A DNA stretch of 64,000 bases from Candidatus Spongiisociaceae bacterium (GTDB lineage: Bacteria > Actinomycetota > Acidimicrobiia > Spongiisociales > Spongiisociaceae). Below the pieces are notes generated by a model. That model was given only the letters and a program-made list of their open reading frames with translations, did not search any database and was not told the origin of the DNA. Both the position numbers and the translations under genes were made by a program. Positions 9,042 to 18,204 of the stretch are shown one piece after another. The stretch is from contig CBDCOH010000002.1 of assembly GCA_965219685.1 (NCBI GenBank), positions 1,952,001 to 2,016,000 of the forward strand, given 5' to 3'. Positions within the stretch are counted from its first letter, which is position 1. The number at the start of each line of letters is the position of its first letter.

Positions 9042-10502
9042 TCACGAGAGTTTGTAGCACGCCCCTTCGAACACGTAGTCGGCCGCCACGGGATGCGTGT
9101 AGGACCACTCGACTGTCGTGATCCCGGTCGCATCGATGCCCTCCGCCAGCCCTTGCGGATCGGCGCGGCCGATCCATATCGTGCGCTGGACGATGTCGTT
9201 GGGCTCGCCGGTATATCTCTCGGTAGGGGCCACGCCGTCAAAATCGAGTTCCTCGATGCTCTTGGCGGCTGCCAGCACACCGGCCTGGGTCATGTCGCCG
9301 GCCTCGTAGGCGATCTCCAACGTGCGGAGCATCAGGAATCCCTCGATGAACCCCTCGACCAGGTATAGGGTCTTGGGGGCGTCCGGAGCGTACCGGTCCA
9401 TCACGTCGCGCACGTTCGCCATACCGGGGGTGTCATCCGAGTAGGGCGGGAAGTAGGAAGGGCTGTAGTAGTCACGGGCCAGCGCGTCCTTGAGAGGAGA
9501 GTTCGGGGCTACCAGCGCGGGATTCCAACTCCCGGGCGGGCCCGCCCACAAAGCCTGGAAGCCCCCGGAGAGGGCCGCTCCGTAGATCTCGGCCAGTTCG
9601 ATAGGGGATGTGGCGACCCACACCAGGTCAGCGCCGCTCTGGGCGATGGCCGCTCCGACCGGCGAGTTGTCCTGGCCCGGGAGGACCTTCCCGGATCCGT
9701 CGTAAACAACTTCCAGACCGAGTGTCTCCGCGGCCGTCTTAGCGCCCGCTGCCGAGTCGAGTCCGTAGTCTCCCGGATAGGTCGCCAGCGCCACGGTCGG
9801 ACTCGCGACTCCACTCGCCTTGGCGACGTCCGACAGGTAGCCGATCATGTTCATCGCCTCGATGCAGTAGGGCGTGCCGTGCGGAAGCAGGTTGGCGTTC
9901 ATCGCCGGGTCCGACCAGCCGGAGTACCACGTGAGCGGGATGGCCAGGATTCCGTCCTCCGCCAAGTCCTCGAGGATGGCAACCGTGTGCGGTGATCCCG
10001 TGGAGTGTCCGAACGCCACCACCTCGTCCTTGAGCTCCTCGTAGAACTGGACGTGGTTGTCGACCGCGTACACCGTGTCCCGGTAGACCAACTCGACCTG
10101 GAGACCGTGCACGCCGCCCCGGGCGTTGACGTCCTTCCAGAATGCGTCCACACCTGCCGTGACGAGGCTGATCACCGGTCCGAACAGGCCCGTGAGGTCG
10201 GCGAGCATACCCACCTTGATCACACCGGCTTCCAGGTCGACACCCACGTCGGTGGCGATCTCCGTCGCCGGCTCTTCCGGCGTCGTGGTGGGCGTCGCCG
10301 TCGTCGCCTCGGACCCTTCCGCGGTCGTAGGCGCATCCGTCACGGCAGGCTGGTCTTCCATGGTCGTGGCGGGCGCCTCGGTGGCAACCGGGGCCGTCGT
10401 CGTTAGGTCGACTCCGGCCTCCTCTTCTTCTCCGCCCCCACATGCCGCGCTCACCAACGCCACGGCAAACAGGCATGCCAACCACCTCAGCGCGCCTCTC
10501 AT
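9042..10502 (-). CDS. LivK-like ABC substrate-binding lipoprotein (paralog of 14001-15419)
   Basis: Lipobox VSAAC, Thr/Pro/Glu linker, IKVGMLADLTG, NARGGVHG; start placed at ATG10502 after GTGAGGGAG. Confidence 0.85.
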   Translation of the reverse strand: MRGALRWLACLFAVALVSAACGGGEEEEAGVDLTTTAPVATEAPATTMEDQPAVTDAPTTAEGSEATTATPTTTPEEPATEIATDVGVDLEAGVIKVGMLADLTGLFGPVISLVTAGVDAFWKDVNARGGVHGLQVELVYRDTVYAVDNHVQFYEELKDEVVAFGHSTGSPHTVAILEDLAEDGILAIPLTWYSGWSDPAMNANLLPHGTPYCIEAMNMIGYLSDVAKASGVASPTVALATYPGDYGLDSAAGAKTAAETLGLEVVYDGSGKVLPGQDNSPVGAAIAQSGADLVWVATSPIELAEIYGAALSGGFQALWAGPPGSWNPALVAPNSPLKDALARDYYSPSYFPPYSDDTPGMANVRDVMDRYAPDAPKTLYLVEGFIEGFLMLRTLEIAYEAGDMTQAGVLAAAKSIEELDFDGVAPTERYTGEPNDIVQRTIWIGRADPQGLAEGIDATGITTVEWSYTHPVAADYVFEGACYKLS

Positions 10503-10833
10503 GCTGTTCTCCCTCACTTCGCCGGTCTGGTCACGGTGTTGATCTATTGAGAATCTTGGATTCACAAGTTGAGAGTACTTATCACTCCGGGTACGTGCCT
10601 GCCGGAGTGGACACATTTATGTTTGGCTCGTCTCCCCGACCGCGCCGTCATCCAACCCCACAACCCAGAGTCTTGGTTCCGCCTCGCTAGGCACCTGCCT
10701 CAGCTCACCGGGAACCGGTCCTCAACTCCGGGGGCGATTCTCCGCCGGCGTACGGCTTCACGGCGGCAATGAGTCCAGATGCGACCCCTGCGGAAATCAT
10801 CCGATCCAGGACGTGATTAACGATATTTAGGGG

Positions 10834-10862
10834 TTGACATTGTCACAGACCCTTGGTACAAA
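10834..10862 (+). promoter_or_regulatory. Sigma-A-type promoter with embedded PafBC/RecA-NDp-like motif; predicts a leaderless mRNA
   Basis: TTGACA (10834-39), 17 nt, TACAAA (10857-62); TGTCAC-N10-TA geometry; ATG10869 lies 7 nt after the -10. Confidence 0.6.
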
Positions 10863-10868
10863 CAGACC

Positions 10869-12155
10869 ATGGGAAACGAACATCTGTTCGCCACAAAGGA
10901 CGGTCCGGGCACGATGCACACGCCGGATGGACCGGCCGGCGGCGTCGCCGGTTGCGACGCCACCAAACGGATGGCCGCGCTGGTCGACCACCTCGACCGT
11001 TTCGTAGCCGAGGAAGTGTCCCGACACCACCCCGAAGAGGCCCTGGCACTGTTGGGACGGTTTCAGACCCGTCTGTCCTCGCACATGTGCGAACTCGCCC
11101 GCCAGGCAACCACGGCCAATCCGGGCGAGGATACGGCCGGGGTCCTGAAGCGGAAATCGCGGCTCTCGGGACGGGACGCCAAGCGGATGGCCAAGGTAGC
11201 GGACCGGCTCCCGGACCTGCCGAAGGTCGCCGAAGCTCTGGCGGAGGGAGAGATAACAGTCGACCATGCCAAGGCGATGGTCGACGCAGCGGACAAGGTG
11301 GGATCCGATGTGGTCGATTCCGACCCGACGTTGTTGGAGAAAGCCATCCGGTCCGGACCAGACGGTTTCGCTCGCAAGGCCCGGGACTGGTCCAACCAGA
11401 AACTGATCGAAGCCGGGATCGACATCTTGGAGCGCCAGCGCCGGGCCAGAGGAGCGAGGCTGTGGGTGGACCGGAAGAGCGGGATGGGAATGCTGTTCGC
11501 GAAGCTCACCCCAGCCCAGTTCGCCCATCTGCAACAAGCCGCTGACACGCACTACCGGGAGCTGCTGCGCAGGGACGGCACCGACGGCCACGACCCGGAC
11601 GAGGTGCGCACCCCTGCACAGCGGATGGCCGACGTGGTCTTCGAGTTGTTCACCAACCTCGACCCGGACACCGGCGAGATCCTCGACAAAGGAACGGGAC
11701 CGAGGGCGAAGGCTTCCACCCAAGTGATCATCGTCGCCGAACAGGGCGTGGTGGATGGGACCAAACCCCGGGGGCGCTGCGAGATCGTCGGGGTCGGTCC
11801 CGTCCCCCGAGAGATTCTCGGAAACCTGTCACCAGACACGGAACTGGCCGGGATGATCTACGACCGGGCCGGGCGGATCCTCTGGCTCGGACGCCGGCAA
11901 CGCCTCGCCAACGCCGCCCAACGGTTGGCGGTGGCCGTGCGGGACGGGGGTTGCTTCCAGTGCGGAGCCCCGATGCACCGCTGCGAACTCCACCACATCC
12001 GAGAGTGGCACCGCGGCGGAGGACCCACCGACATAGACAACCTGGTGGCCGTCTGCCGTCACCACCACAAGTGGCTTGAGGTCGAGGACCTCGTAGTGCA
12101 GCGTGATCCGGCCGGCCGCTACCAAGCCGTACCTCGCGACGGACCGCCAACCTGA
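10869..12155 (+). CDS. DUF222 (13E12 repeat family) HNH endonuclease
   Basis: ALAEGEITVDHAKA, RTPAQRMAD, GRRQRLANAAQRLAVAVRDGGCFQCGAP..CELHHIREW..GGPTDIDNLVAVCRHHH. Confidence 0.9.
   Translation: MGNEHLFATKDGPGTMHTPDGPAGGVAGCDATKRMAALVDHLDRFVAEEVSRHHPEEALALLGRFQTRLSSHMCELARQATTANPGEDTAGVLKRKSRLSGRDAKRMAKVADRLPDLPKVAEALAEGEITVDHAKAMVDAADKVGSDVVDSDPTLLEKAIRSGPDGFARKARDWSNQKLIEAGIDILERQRRARGARLWVDRKSGMGMLFAKLTPAQFAHLQQAADTHYRELLRRDGTDGHDPDEVRTPAQRMADVVFELFTNLDPDTGEILDKGTGPRAKASTQVIIVAEQGVVDGTKPRGRCEIVGVGPVPREILGNLSPDTELAGMIYDRAGRILWLGRRQRLANAAQRLAVAVRDGGCFQCGAPMHRCELHHIREWHRGGGPTDIDNLVAVCRHHHKWLEVEDLVVQRDPAGRYQAVPRDGPPT
10877..10890. promoter_or_regulatory. LexA SOS box (Gram-positive/actinobacterial type)
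   Basis: CGAAC-ATCT-GTTCG matches CGAAC-N4-GTTCG, just inside the DUF222-HNH start. Confidence 0.7.
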
Positions 12156-12334
12156 CACGCCCGCATCCAGAAGAACCCGGACCTTCACCAAACCGGATCC
12201 GACGCGTGACCAGGTTGTTCAGCGTGTTGGCGACCGGCTTACCGCCTGATCACCACACGATCGATCTGGACCAGCAAACGCGAATCTCAGGGCAAATCCC
12301 TCTAGGCGGTCCGACCCACGAGGCCACGATCCCA

Positions 12335-13135
12335 TCACGAGGTTGTGTCCGGAGCGGACTTTCCTAGGTAAGCCCGCACCACCTCCGGGTCCTTCTGGAC
12401 GTCCGCGGGGAGGCCTTCGGCGATCTTGCGCCCGAAATCGAGCACCATCACCCGGTCGGCAATGTCCATCACCAAGCCCATATCGTGCTCGACGAGGATC
12501 ATGGCGACGCCCAGTTCGTCCTGAATGTCGAGGATGAACCGGGCCATGTCCTCGGTCTCCTCGAGATTCATCCCGGCCACCGGTTCGTCCAGGAGAAGCA
12601 ACTCGGGTTCCATTGCCAGCGCCCGGCCCAGCTCCACGCGTTTCTGGATGCCGTACGGGAGAAGCTTCACCGGGTGCTTGCGCCATCGCTCGATCTCCAG
12701 GAAGTCGATGATCTCCTCGGCCTTGAGGCGGTTCTCGAGTTCCTCCCGCTTAGCCCGCCCCCACCAGAGCGCTCCGGCCAACCAGCCGTGGCTCATCCGG
12801 ACGTGGCGACCGGTGAGGATGTTGTCCAGGACCGTCATGTGCGCAAACAGTTCTATGTTCTGGAATGTGCGGGCGATGCCCCGCTCTGCGGTCTGGCCGG
12901 GTTTCAGGCCAACCATTGGGGAACCCTTCCACTTGATCGTTCCCCCCTGTGGCCGGTAGACCTGGTTGATGCAGTTGAAGACAGAGGTCTTACCGGCGCC
13001 GTTGGGCCCGATGATGGAGAACAGCTCCCCCGGGGCGACATCGAAAGACACCCCGTCCAGCGCCACCAGCCCCTTGAACGACAGGCTTATGCCTTGGACT
13101 TCCAGCAACGGGTCGCCGGCGCCGGGATTGCTCAC
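12335..13135 (-). CDS. Liv-type ABC transporter ATP-binding protein (LivG-like)
   Basis: GPNGAGKT, RTFQNIELF, LPYGIQKRVELGRAL, LLLLDEPVAG, EVVRAYLG; GTGA overlap with upstream stop. Confidence 0.9.
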   Translation of the reverse strand: MSNPGAGDPLLEVQGISLSFKGLVALDGVSFDVAPGELFSIIGPNGAGKTSVFNCINQVYRPQGGTIKWKGSPMVGLKPGQTAERGIARTFQNIELFAHMTVLDNILTGRHVRMSHGWLAGALWWGRAKREELENRLKAEEIIDFLEIERWRKHPVKLLPYGIQKRVELGRALAMEPELLLLDEPVAGMNLEETEDMARFILDIQDELGVAMILVEHDMGLVMDIADRVMVLDFGRKIAEGLPADVQKDPEVVRAYLGKSAPDTTS

Positions 13136-13920
13136 GACAACCACCGTTTGCGCCGCTTGTAGTGCTTGACGTCCCGGAAGGACTTGCGCTCCCCGGACCT
13201 CAGCCCTAGGTAGAACTCCTGGATGTCGGCGTCCCGGAGGAGGGTCCCGGCATCGTCGTCCATGACGATGGATCCGGTCTCCATGACGTATCCGTGGTCG
13301 GCTGCGGAGAGCGCCATGCGGGCGTTCTGCTCGATGAGCAGGACCGCTGTGCCCTGACGGTTGATCTCGACGATGATCCCGGCCATCTGCGCGACCAGGC
13401 GGGGCGCGAGGCCGAGTGAGGGCTCGTCGAGGATCATCAGCTTGGGCGCCTGCATCAGGGCTCGGCCGATCGCCAGCATCTGCTGCTCGCCCCCCGACAG
13501 GTAGCCCGCCACCTGCCGGCGCCGCCCAGCAAGGACCGGGAACAGGTCCATGACCCGCTCGAAGGAACTCCGGACAGCTTCCCGGTCGCCAACCGTGTAG
13601 GCCCCGGCGGCAAGGTTCTCCGCCACCGTCATCTCGACGAATATCCGGCGCCCCTCCATCACCTGGCTGATCCCCATCCTCACCCGCGCCGACGGCAGGG
13701 TCCGGGTGATGTCTCGACCCTCGAAGGCGATGGAGCCCTTGGTGATCCCACCGCCGTGGACATCCAGCAAACCGGTGATCGCCCTGGCGGTGGTGGTCTT
13801 GCCAGCTCCGTTCGCCCCGAGCAGGGCGACGATCCGAGCTTCGGGCACTTCCAGGGAGATGCCCCTCAGCACCCTGACCACGTCGTTGTACACGACCTCC
13901 AGGTTCGACACCTCAAGCAC
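13132..13920 (-). CDS. Liv-type ABC transporter ATP-binding protein (LivF-like)
   Basis: GANGAGKT, LSGGEQQMLAIGRALM, LDEPSLGLAP, tail SFRDVKHYKRRKRWLS typical of FadD-associated Liv operons. Confidence 0.9.
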   Translation of the reverse strand: MLEVSNLEVVYNDVVRVLRGISLEVPEARIVALLGANGAGKTTTARAITGLLDVHGGGITKGSIAFEGRDITRTLPSARVRMGISQVMEGRRIFVEMTVAENLAAGAYTVGDREAVRSSFERVMDLFPVLAGRRRQVAGYLSGGEQQMLAIGRALMQAPKLMILDEPSLGLAPRLVAQMAGIIVEINRQGTAVLLIEQNARMALSAADHGYVMETGSIVMDDDAGTLLRDADIQEFYLGLRSGERKSFRDVKHYKRRKRWLS

Positions 13921-14000
13921 TGGTCACCCGTTCGAGCCGCAGCCCCTCGGAGAGCCGACCCGATGTAACGGCGGTGGACTGCATCATGTACTCGCCGTTC

Positions 14001-15419
14001 TCATGACAGCTTGTAACAGGCTTCTTCGAACACGTACGCGGCGGCGACGGGATGCGTGTAGGCAGGATCCGTGAGCCGGGTTCCGGTGCCGGTCGTGGCC
14101 GCAGCCAGACCCTCCGGATCCGGACGGCTGATCCACACCTTCCGCTGCAGGCGCTCGTTGGCGGAGCCCACATAGCTCTCGCTGGGGGCGATCCCGCCGA
14201 AGTCCAGTTCCTCGATGCTCTTGGCGGCGGCCAGAACGCCAGCCTGCGTCATGTCGCCGTTCTCGTACGCCAGCTTGAGCGCCTCGAATAGGATCATGGC
14301 CTCGATGACACCTTCGATGAGGTAGTCGTTCCGGGGAGCGTCCGGCACGTACCGATCGATGAGAGCCCTGACCTTCGCCATGCCGGGTGCGTCGTCGGTC
14401 AGCGGAGGGAAGTACGAACTCACGTAGTAGTCCCGGTTGATGGAGTCCTTGATCGGCGAATCGGGGGCTACGAAGGCAGGACTCCAAGTGGGCGCCGCAC
14501 CGGACCACAGCGCCTCGAAACCCTGGGCGACGGCCGCCCCGTAGACCTCGGTGAAGGTTGCGGCGTTGGCCGTCGCCCAGACGATGTCGGCGCCGCTCCG
14601 GGCGATGGCGTTGCCGATCGGCGCATTGTCCTGGCCGGGAATCACCTTGCCCGAGGCGTCATGTACGACCTCCATGCCGAGCGCCTCGGCTGCCAGCCGG
14701 GCTCCGGCCGCAGAGTCGAGCCCGTAGTCCCCGGGGAAGCTGGCGATGGCCAGCGTCGGGTCGGACACACCGTTCGACATTGCGACATCCGACAGGTAAC
14801 CGATCAGGTTCATGGCTTCGATGCAATAGGGCGTTCCATGCGACAGCAGGTTCGCGTTCAGAGCCGGGTCCGACCAACCCGAATACCAGGTGAACGGTAT
14901 CGCCAGCATCCCATCAGCCTCCAGGTCCTCCCGGATGGCCACAGTGTGGGGGGATCCGGTGGAGTGACCGATAGCCACCACCTGGTCCTTCAGTTCCTCG
15001 TAGAGCTGGACGTGCTTGTCCACCGAGTACGCCGTGTCCCTGTAGACCAGTTCGACGTGCAACCCGTGAACCCCGCCTCCGGCATTGACATCCGCCCAGA
15101 AGGCCTGGGCGCCGGCCACGATGAGGCTGACCAGCGGTTCGAACGCCCCCGTGAGGCCGGCGAGCATCCCCACCTTGATGACCCCGGCCTCGAAGTCCAC
15201 CCCGACGTCGGTGGCGATCGGCGTCCCGGCGGGTCCCGAGTCCTGCGGTCCGGACTCCTCCTCGACCGCCGGTTCGTCCCCGGCCGCCGTCACCGCAACC
15301 GAGGTGGCAGGCGCGGCGGTGGATGCCGGAACCTCGGTCTCCTCCCCGCTCCCCCCGCAAGTTGCTGCCGCAACCGCCGTCGCCACCACCAGGGCCAACC
15401 GCGTGTATCCGATCCTCAT
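14001..15419 (-). CDS. LivK-like ABC substrate-binding lipoprotein
   Basis: Lipobox AAATC; body closely similar to 9042-10502. Confidence 0.85.
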   Translation of the reverse strand: MRIGYTRLALVVATAVAAATCGGSGEETEVPASTAAPATSVAVTAAGDEPAVEEESGPQDSGPAGTPIATDVGVDFEAGVIKVGMLAGLTGAFEPLVSLIVAGAQAFWADVNAGGGVHGLHVELVYRDTAYSVDKHVQLYEELKDQVVAIGHSTGSPHTVAIREDLEADGMLAIPFTWYSGWSDPALNANLLSHGTPYCIEAMNLIGYLSDVAMSNGVSDPTLAIASFPGDYGLDSAAGARLAAEALGMEVVHDASGKVIPGQDNAPIGNAIARSGADIVWATANAATFTEVYGAAVAQGFEALWSGAAPTWSPAFVAPDSPIKDSINRDYYVSSYFPPLTDDAPGMAKVRALIDRYVPDAPRNDYLIEGVIEAMILFEALKLAYENGDMTQAGVLAAAKSIEELDFGGIAPSESYVGSANERLQRKVWISRPDPEGLAAATTGTGTRLTDPAYTHPVAAAYVFEEACYKLS

Positions 15420-15529
15420 TATGTATCCAATCCTCCTGCCCGTCGCTTCCTAGTCCTCGCCTGCCCTGTCCTGTTCCCATTTCGCTACATGCCTGCCGGA
15501 CGCCGCGAACTGCCGGATGCCTGTAGACC

Positions 15530-16771
15530 TCAGTATGTGAATGGCCATCCCTTCCAGTAGTTCCTGATCCGGACCCAGATCCCGTACAGACCCAGCGGCT
15601 CGAGGATCATGAAGAGGATGATCAGCAACCCGAACAGGATCTGATTGAGCTGGAACACCGACAGTCCGGGACCCACCCCGGGAAGCGTGTGCACTATCCC
15701 CGAGTCGTCGGCGGAGACGGCGACCACCACATCGGCGACCGCCGCCAACGCACCCTCTCCGCCAACGATGAGTTGTTTCAACGCGTCGGTGAAGTCCTGG
15801 ACGAGGCGGGGGAGGATGACCACGAAGGCCGAGCCCATCAGGGCCCCCGATACGGTCCCTGCTCCGCCGATGAGGATGATCGCGAGGAACTCCACCGAAA
15901 GGAACAGATCCCAGGTCTCGGGAATCTGGCGACCAACGAACGAGGCGAACAGGGCGCCCGAAACCCCGGCGAACCCCGAGGAGACACCGAATGCCATCAG
16001 TTTATAGCGAAACTCGTTGATTCCCATCACCTCGGCTGCGATGTCCCGGTCGCGGATTGCCTGGAAGGCGCGCCCGGCCCGCGTTCGCTGGAGGTTCTTG
16101 GCAAGCAGGGTCGCGACCACGAGGAACGCCACCATCATGAGATAGACCTTGGCCTCCTCGCTCACGACCAAGCCGAACCAGACGGAGTCGGCCGTGAGGT
16201 CCACCACCGGCTCCTCCTCCTTCCACCATCGCCACTGGAACTCCGGGAAGCTACGTCCCGAGAAGGAACCCCCGGAGATGAAGGTCAGGTTGCGCCAGGC
16301 CCACTCCCCGATGAAGACGAGCGCGAGGGTGGCGAACGCCAGGTACAGGCCCCTCACCCGGACCGCGGCAGGACCCACCAGAAGCCCGATCAGGGCCGGG
16401 ACGACCCCCGCCATGGGCAGCCAGATCCACATCGGGAGACCCAAGCCCCACAGATCACCCGGAGGGGCGCCGAACACCGCGGCGACGTAGGCGCCCACGC
16501 CCATGAAGAAGGCATGGCCGAGCGACACCTGGCCGGCCACACCCGTAAGAAGGTTGATCCCCAGGGCCCCTATCCCGAAGATGGCCACGTGCGACAGGAG
16601 CTTCATCCAGTCGTTGTCCCCCACGAAGTCCGGGTATATCGGGATGTGCGCGGCGAGCGGCGCGAGCGCGGCCAGAGCCAGCAAGACCCCCAGGACGGTC
16701 TTCTTGGTGACGGTCGGCATCAAGGCCTGATCGCGGGCGTAGGAGGTGTGGAGGAGCGGGCGGCCTCTCAT
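15530..16771 (-). CDS. Liv-type ABC permease (LivM-like)
   Basis: GINLLTGVAGQVSLGHAFFMGVGAY, RVRGLYLAFATL, GRAFQAIRDRDIAAEVMGIN. Confidence 0.9.
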   Translation of the reverse strand: MRGRPLLHTSYARDQALMPTVTKKTVLGVLLALAALAPLAAHIPIYPDFVGDNDWMKLLSHVAIFGIGALGINLLTGVAGQVSLGHAFFMGVGAYVAAVFGAPPGDLWGLGLPMWIWLPMAGVVPALIGLLVGPAAVRVRGLYLAFATLALVFIGEWAWRNLTFISGGSFSGRSFPEFQWRWWKEEEPVVDLTADSVWFGLVVSEEAKVYLMMVAFLVVATLLAKNLQRTRAGRAFQAIRDRDIAAEVMGINEFRYKLMAFGVSSGFAGVSGALFASFVGRQIPETWDLFLSVEFLAIILIGGAGTVSGALMGSAFVVILPRLVQDFTDALKQLIVGGEGALAAVADVVVAVSADDSGIVHTLPGVGPGLSVFQLNQILFGLLIILFMILEPLGLYGIWVRIRNYWKGWPFTY

Positions 16772-17739
16772 ACCCGTCTCACCTCCACCGTTCCGAAGAG
16801 CCCGTGAGGACGCACGAACAGCACCAGCATCATCAAGAGGTATGGAACGATCCCGCTGAAGCCGGTGCCGAGGAGTGGATGGTCGAGGTAGCTCCCGGCG
16901 AGGGATTCGGCCACCCCCACGACCAGCCCTCCTATCACCGCTCCCTTGACGGAATCGAGCCCGCCGAGGATGATGGCCGGGAAGGCTCGCATGGCCAGAA
17001 GGGCTGTATCCGGGAAGACCCCCACCCGGCGTGGATACACCGATCCGAACACGCCCCCGACCGTGGCCAGCACAGCCCCGATCGCCCAGGCGATGGCGAA
17101 GATCCTGCCCACGTTGATGCCCTGGGCGCGGGCCGCCTCCTGATCGAAGGCCGTGGCGCGCATGGCTATGCCCGTACGGCTACGGAAGAAGAGGCCCACC
17201 AGTACCATCAACGCTATAGCCACCACGAACTGGGCGATCTCGGTCTCGGGGATGATCACGAACCCGAGGTCCACCCTCGCGTCGCCCCAGGGATCCGCCA
17301 TCGACCGGGGATCCGGTCCGATGAGGTCGGTCACGACCGTCAGCAGGATGATGTGCATACCCAGGGTGACGATGGCCAGCGAGAACAGTTCCTCCCCGAC
17401 CATGGGCCGAACGAAGACCCTCTCGAGGAGCATGCCGACCAGGGCCGACAGCACCAGTGCAACCAGCACGGAGACCGACCATCCCAGCAGCGGCGACCCC
17501 TGCATGTAGCGGCCGGGGAAGTTGAGGTCGACCGCCACCACGGCGGTGAAGAAGGCTCCCAGCGTCGCCATGGCCCCGTGCGCGAAGTTGACGACCTGAG
17601 TCGCTTTGAAGATGATGACGAAGCCCATCGCCAGCAAGGCGTAGATGGCGCCCAGTGAGAGGCCATTGACGATGGCGCCCAGGAGTTGGCTCGGCCCGGA
17701 CTGTGCCAGCAGTGAGAGCGCGAAGAGCGGTTCGTTCAT
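16768..17739 (-). CDS. Liv-type ABC permease (LivH-like)
   Basis: NGLSLGAIYALLAMGFVIIFKATQVVNFAHG, GIAMRATAFDQEAA, ILGGLDS, RPHGLFG; start approximate. Confidence 0.9.
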   Translation of the reverse strand: MNEPLFALSLLAQSGPSQLLGAIVNGLSLGAIYALLAMGFVIIFKATQVVNFAHGAMATLGAFFTAVVAVDLNFPGRYMQGSPLLGWSVSVLVALVLSALVGMLLERVFVRPMVGEELFSLAIVTLGMHIILLTVVTDLIGPDPRSMADPWGDARVDLGFVIIPETEIAQFVVAIALMVLVGLFFRSRTGIAMRATAFDQEAARAQGINVGRIFAIAWAIGAVLATVGGVFGSVYPRRVGVFPDTALLAMRAFPAIILGGLDSVKGAVIGGLVVGVAESLAGSYLDHPLLGTGFSGIVPYLLMMLVLFVRPHGLFGTVEVRRV

Positions 17740-17912
17740 CCGGACCCCATCAGCACGGACCTGCGAGGCTGCGACCTGTCGACTTGTCGACCCTCTGTCC
17801 TGGACGGCGCGGAAACGAACACTGCGGGGTTCCCCGAGAGGCAAACCGGCGGGTCCCACCGCTGGGGACTGGTGAACGGACCCTCTTGCGCGAGCCTCTC
17901 CCGCCCCCTCCT

Positions 17913-18195
17913 AGTGTCCTGCTCCCTGTACTCGTGATAGCTACCGGAACGCACCGACTGCCCCACCGGACATCCCCGGGGCATCGAGAACGCGAAAATC
18001 CGCCCACCGGACCCCTCCGGTGGGCCCACCCCCAACCGCCACCACCGAAGGCTACGAACGCGTCCCGCCGTCCCCCGCAAAGGGTCGGCTTCCGCGGCAT
18101 GATCCCAGCGCCGGTCCGATCGGTACCGTATACGGTCCGGTGGTGCTTGCAGCTACTCATCAGTATGCAACGGGACTGTGACACGGACAACCCCC
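17913..18195 (-). repeat. Dispersed ~282-bp non-coding element, copy 1 (promoter plus putative structured RNA)
   Basis: Colinear similarity to 51402-51683 with shared blocks CGAGAACGCGAAAA, ACCCCTCCGGTGGGCCCACCCCC, CTACGAACGCGTCCCGCC, CCGGTCCGATCGGTACCG, CAGTATGCAACGGGACTGTGACACGG. Confidence 0.85.
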
Positions 18196-18204
18196 ACCGG
18201 CCAC

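Noticed and set aside
10869-12155. HNH protein as an IscB/Cas9-like RNA-guided nuclease
   Set aside because: No PLMP or split RuvC motifs; the architecture is DUF222 plus a C-terminal HNH. Any RNA link remains a hypothesis based on the shared promoter
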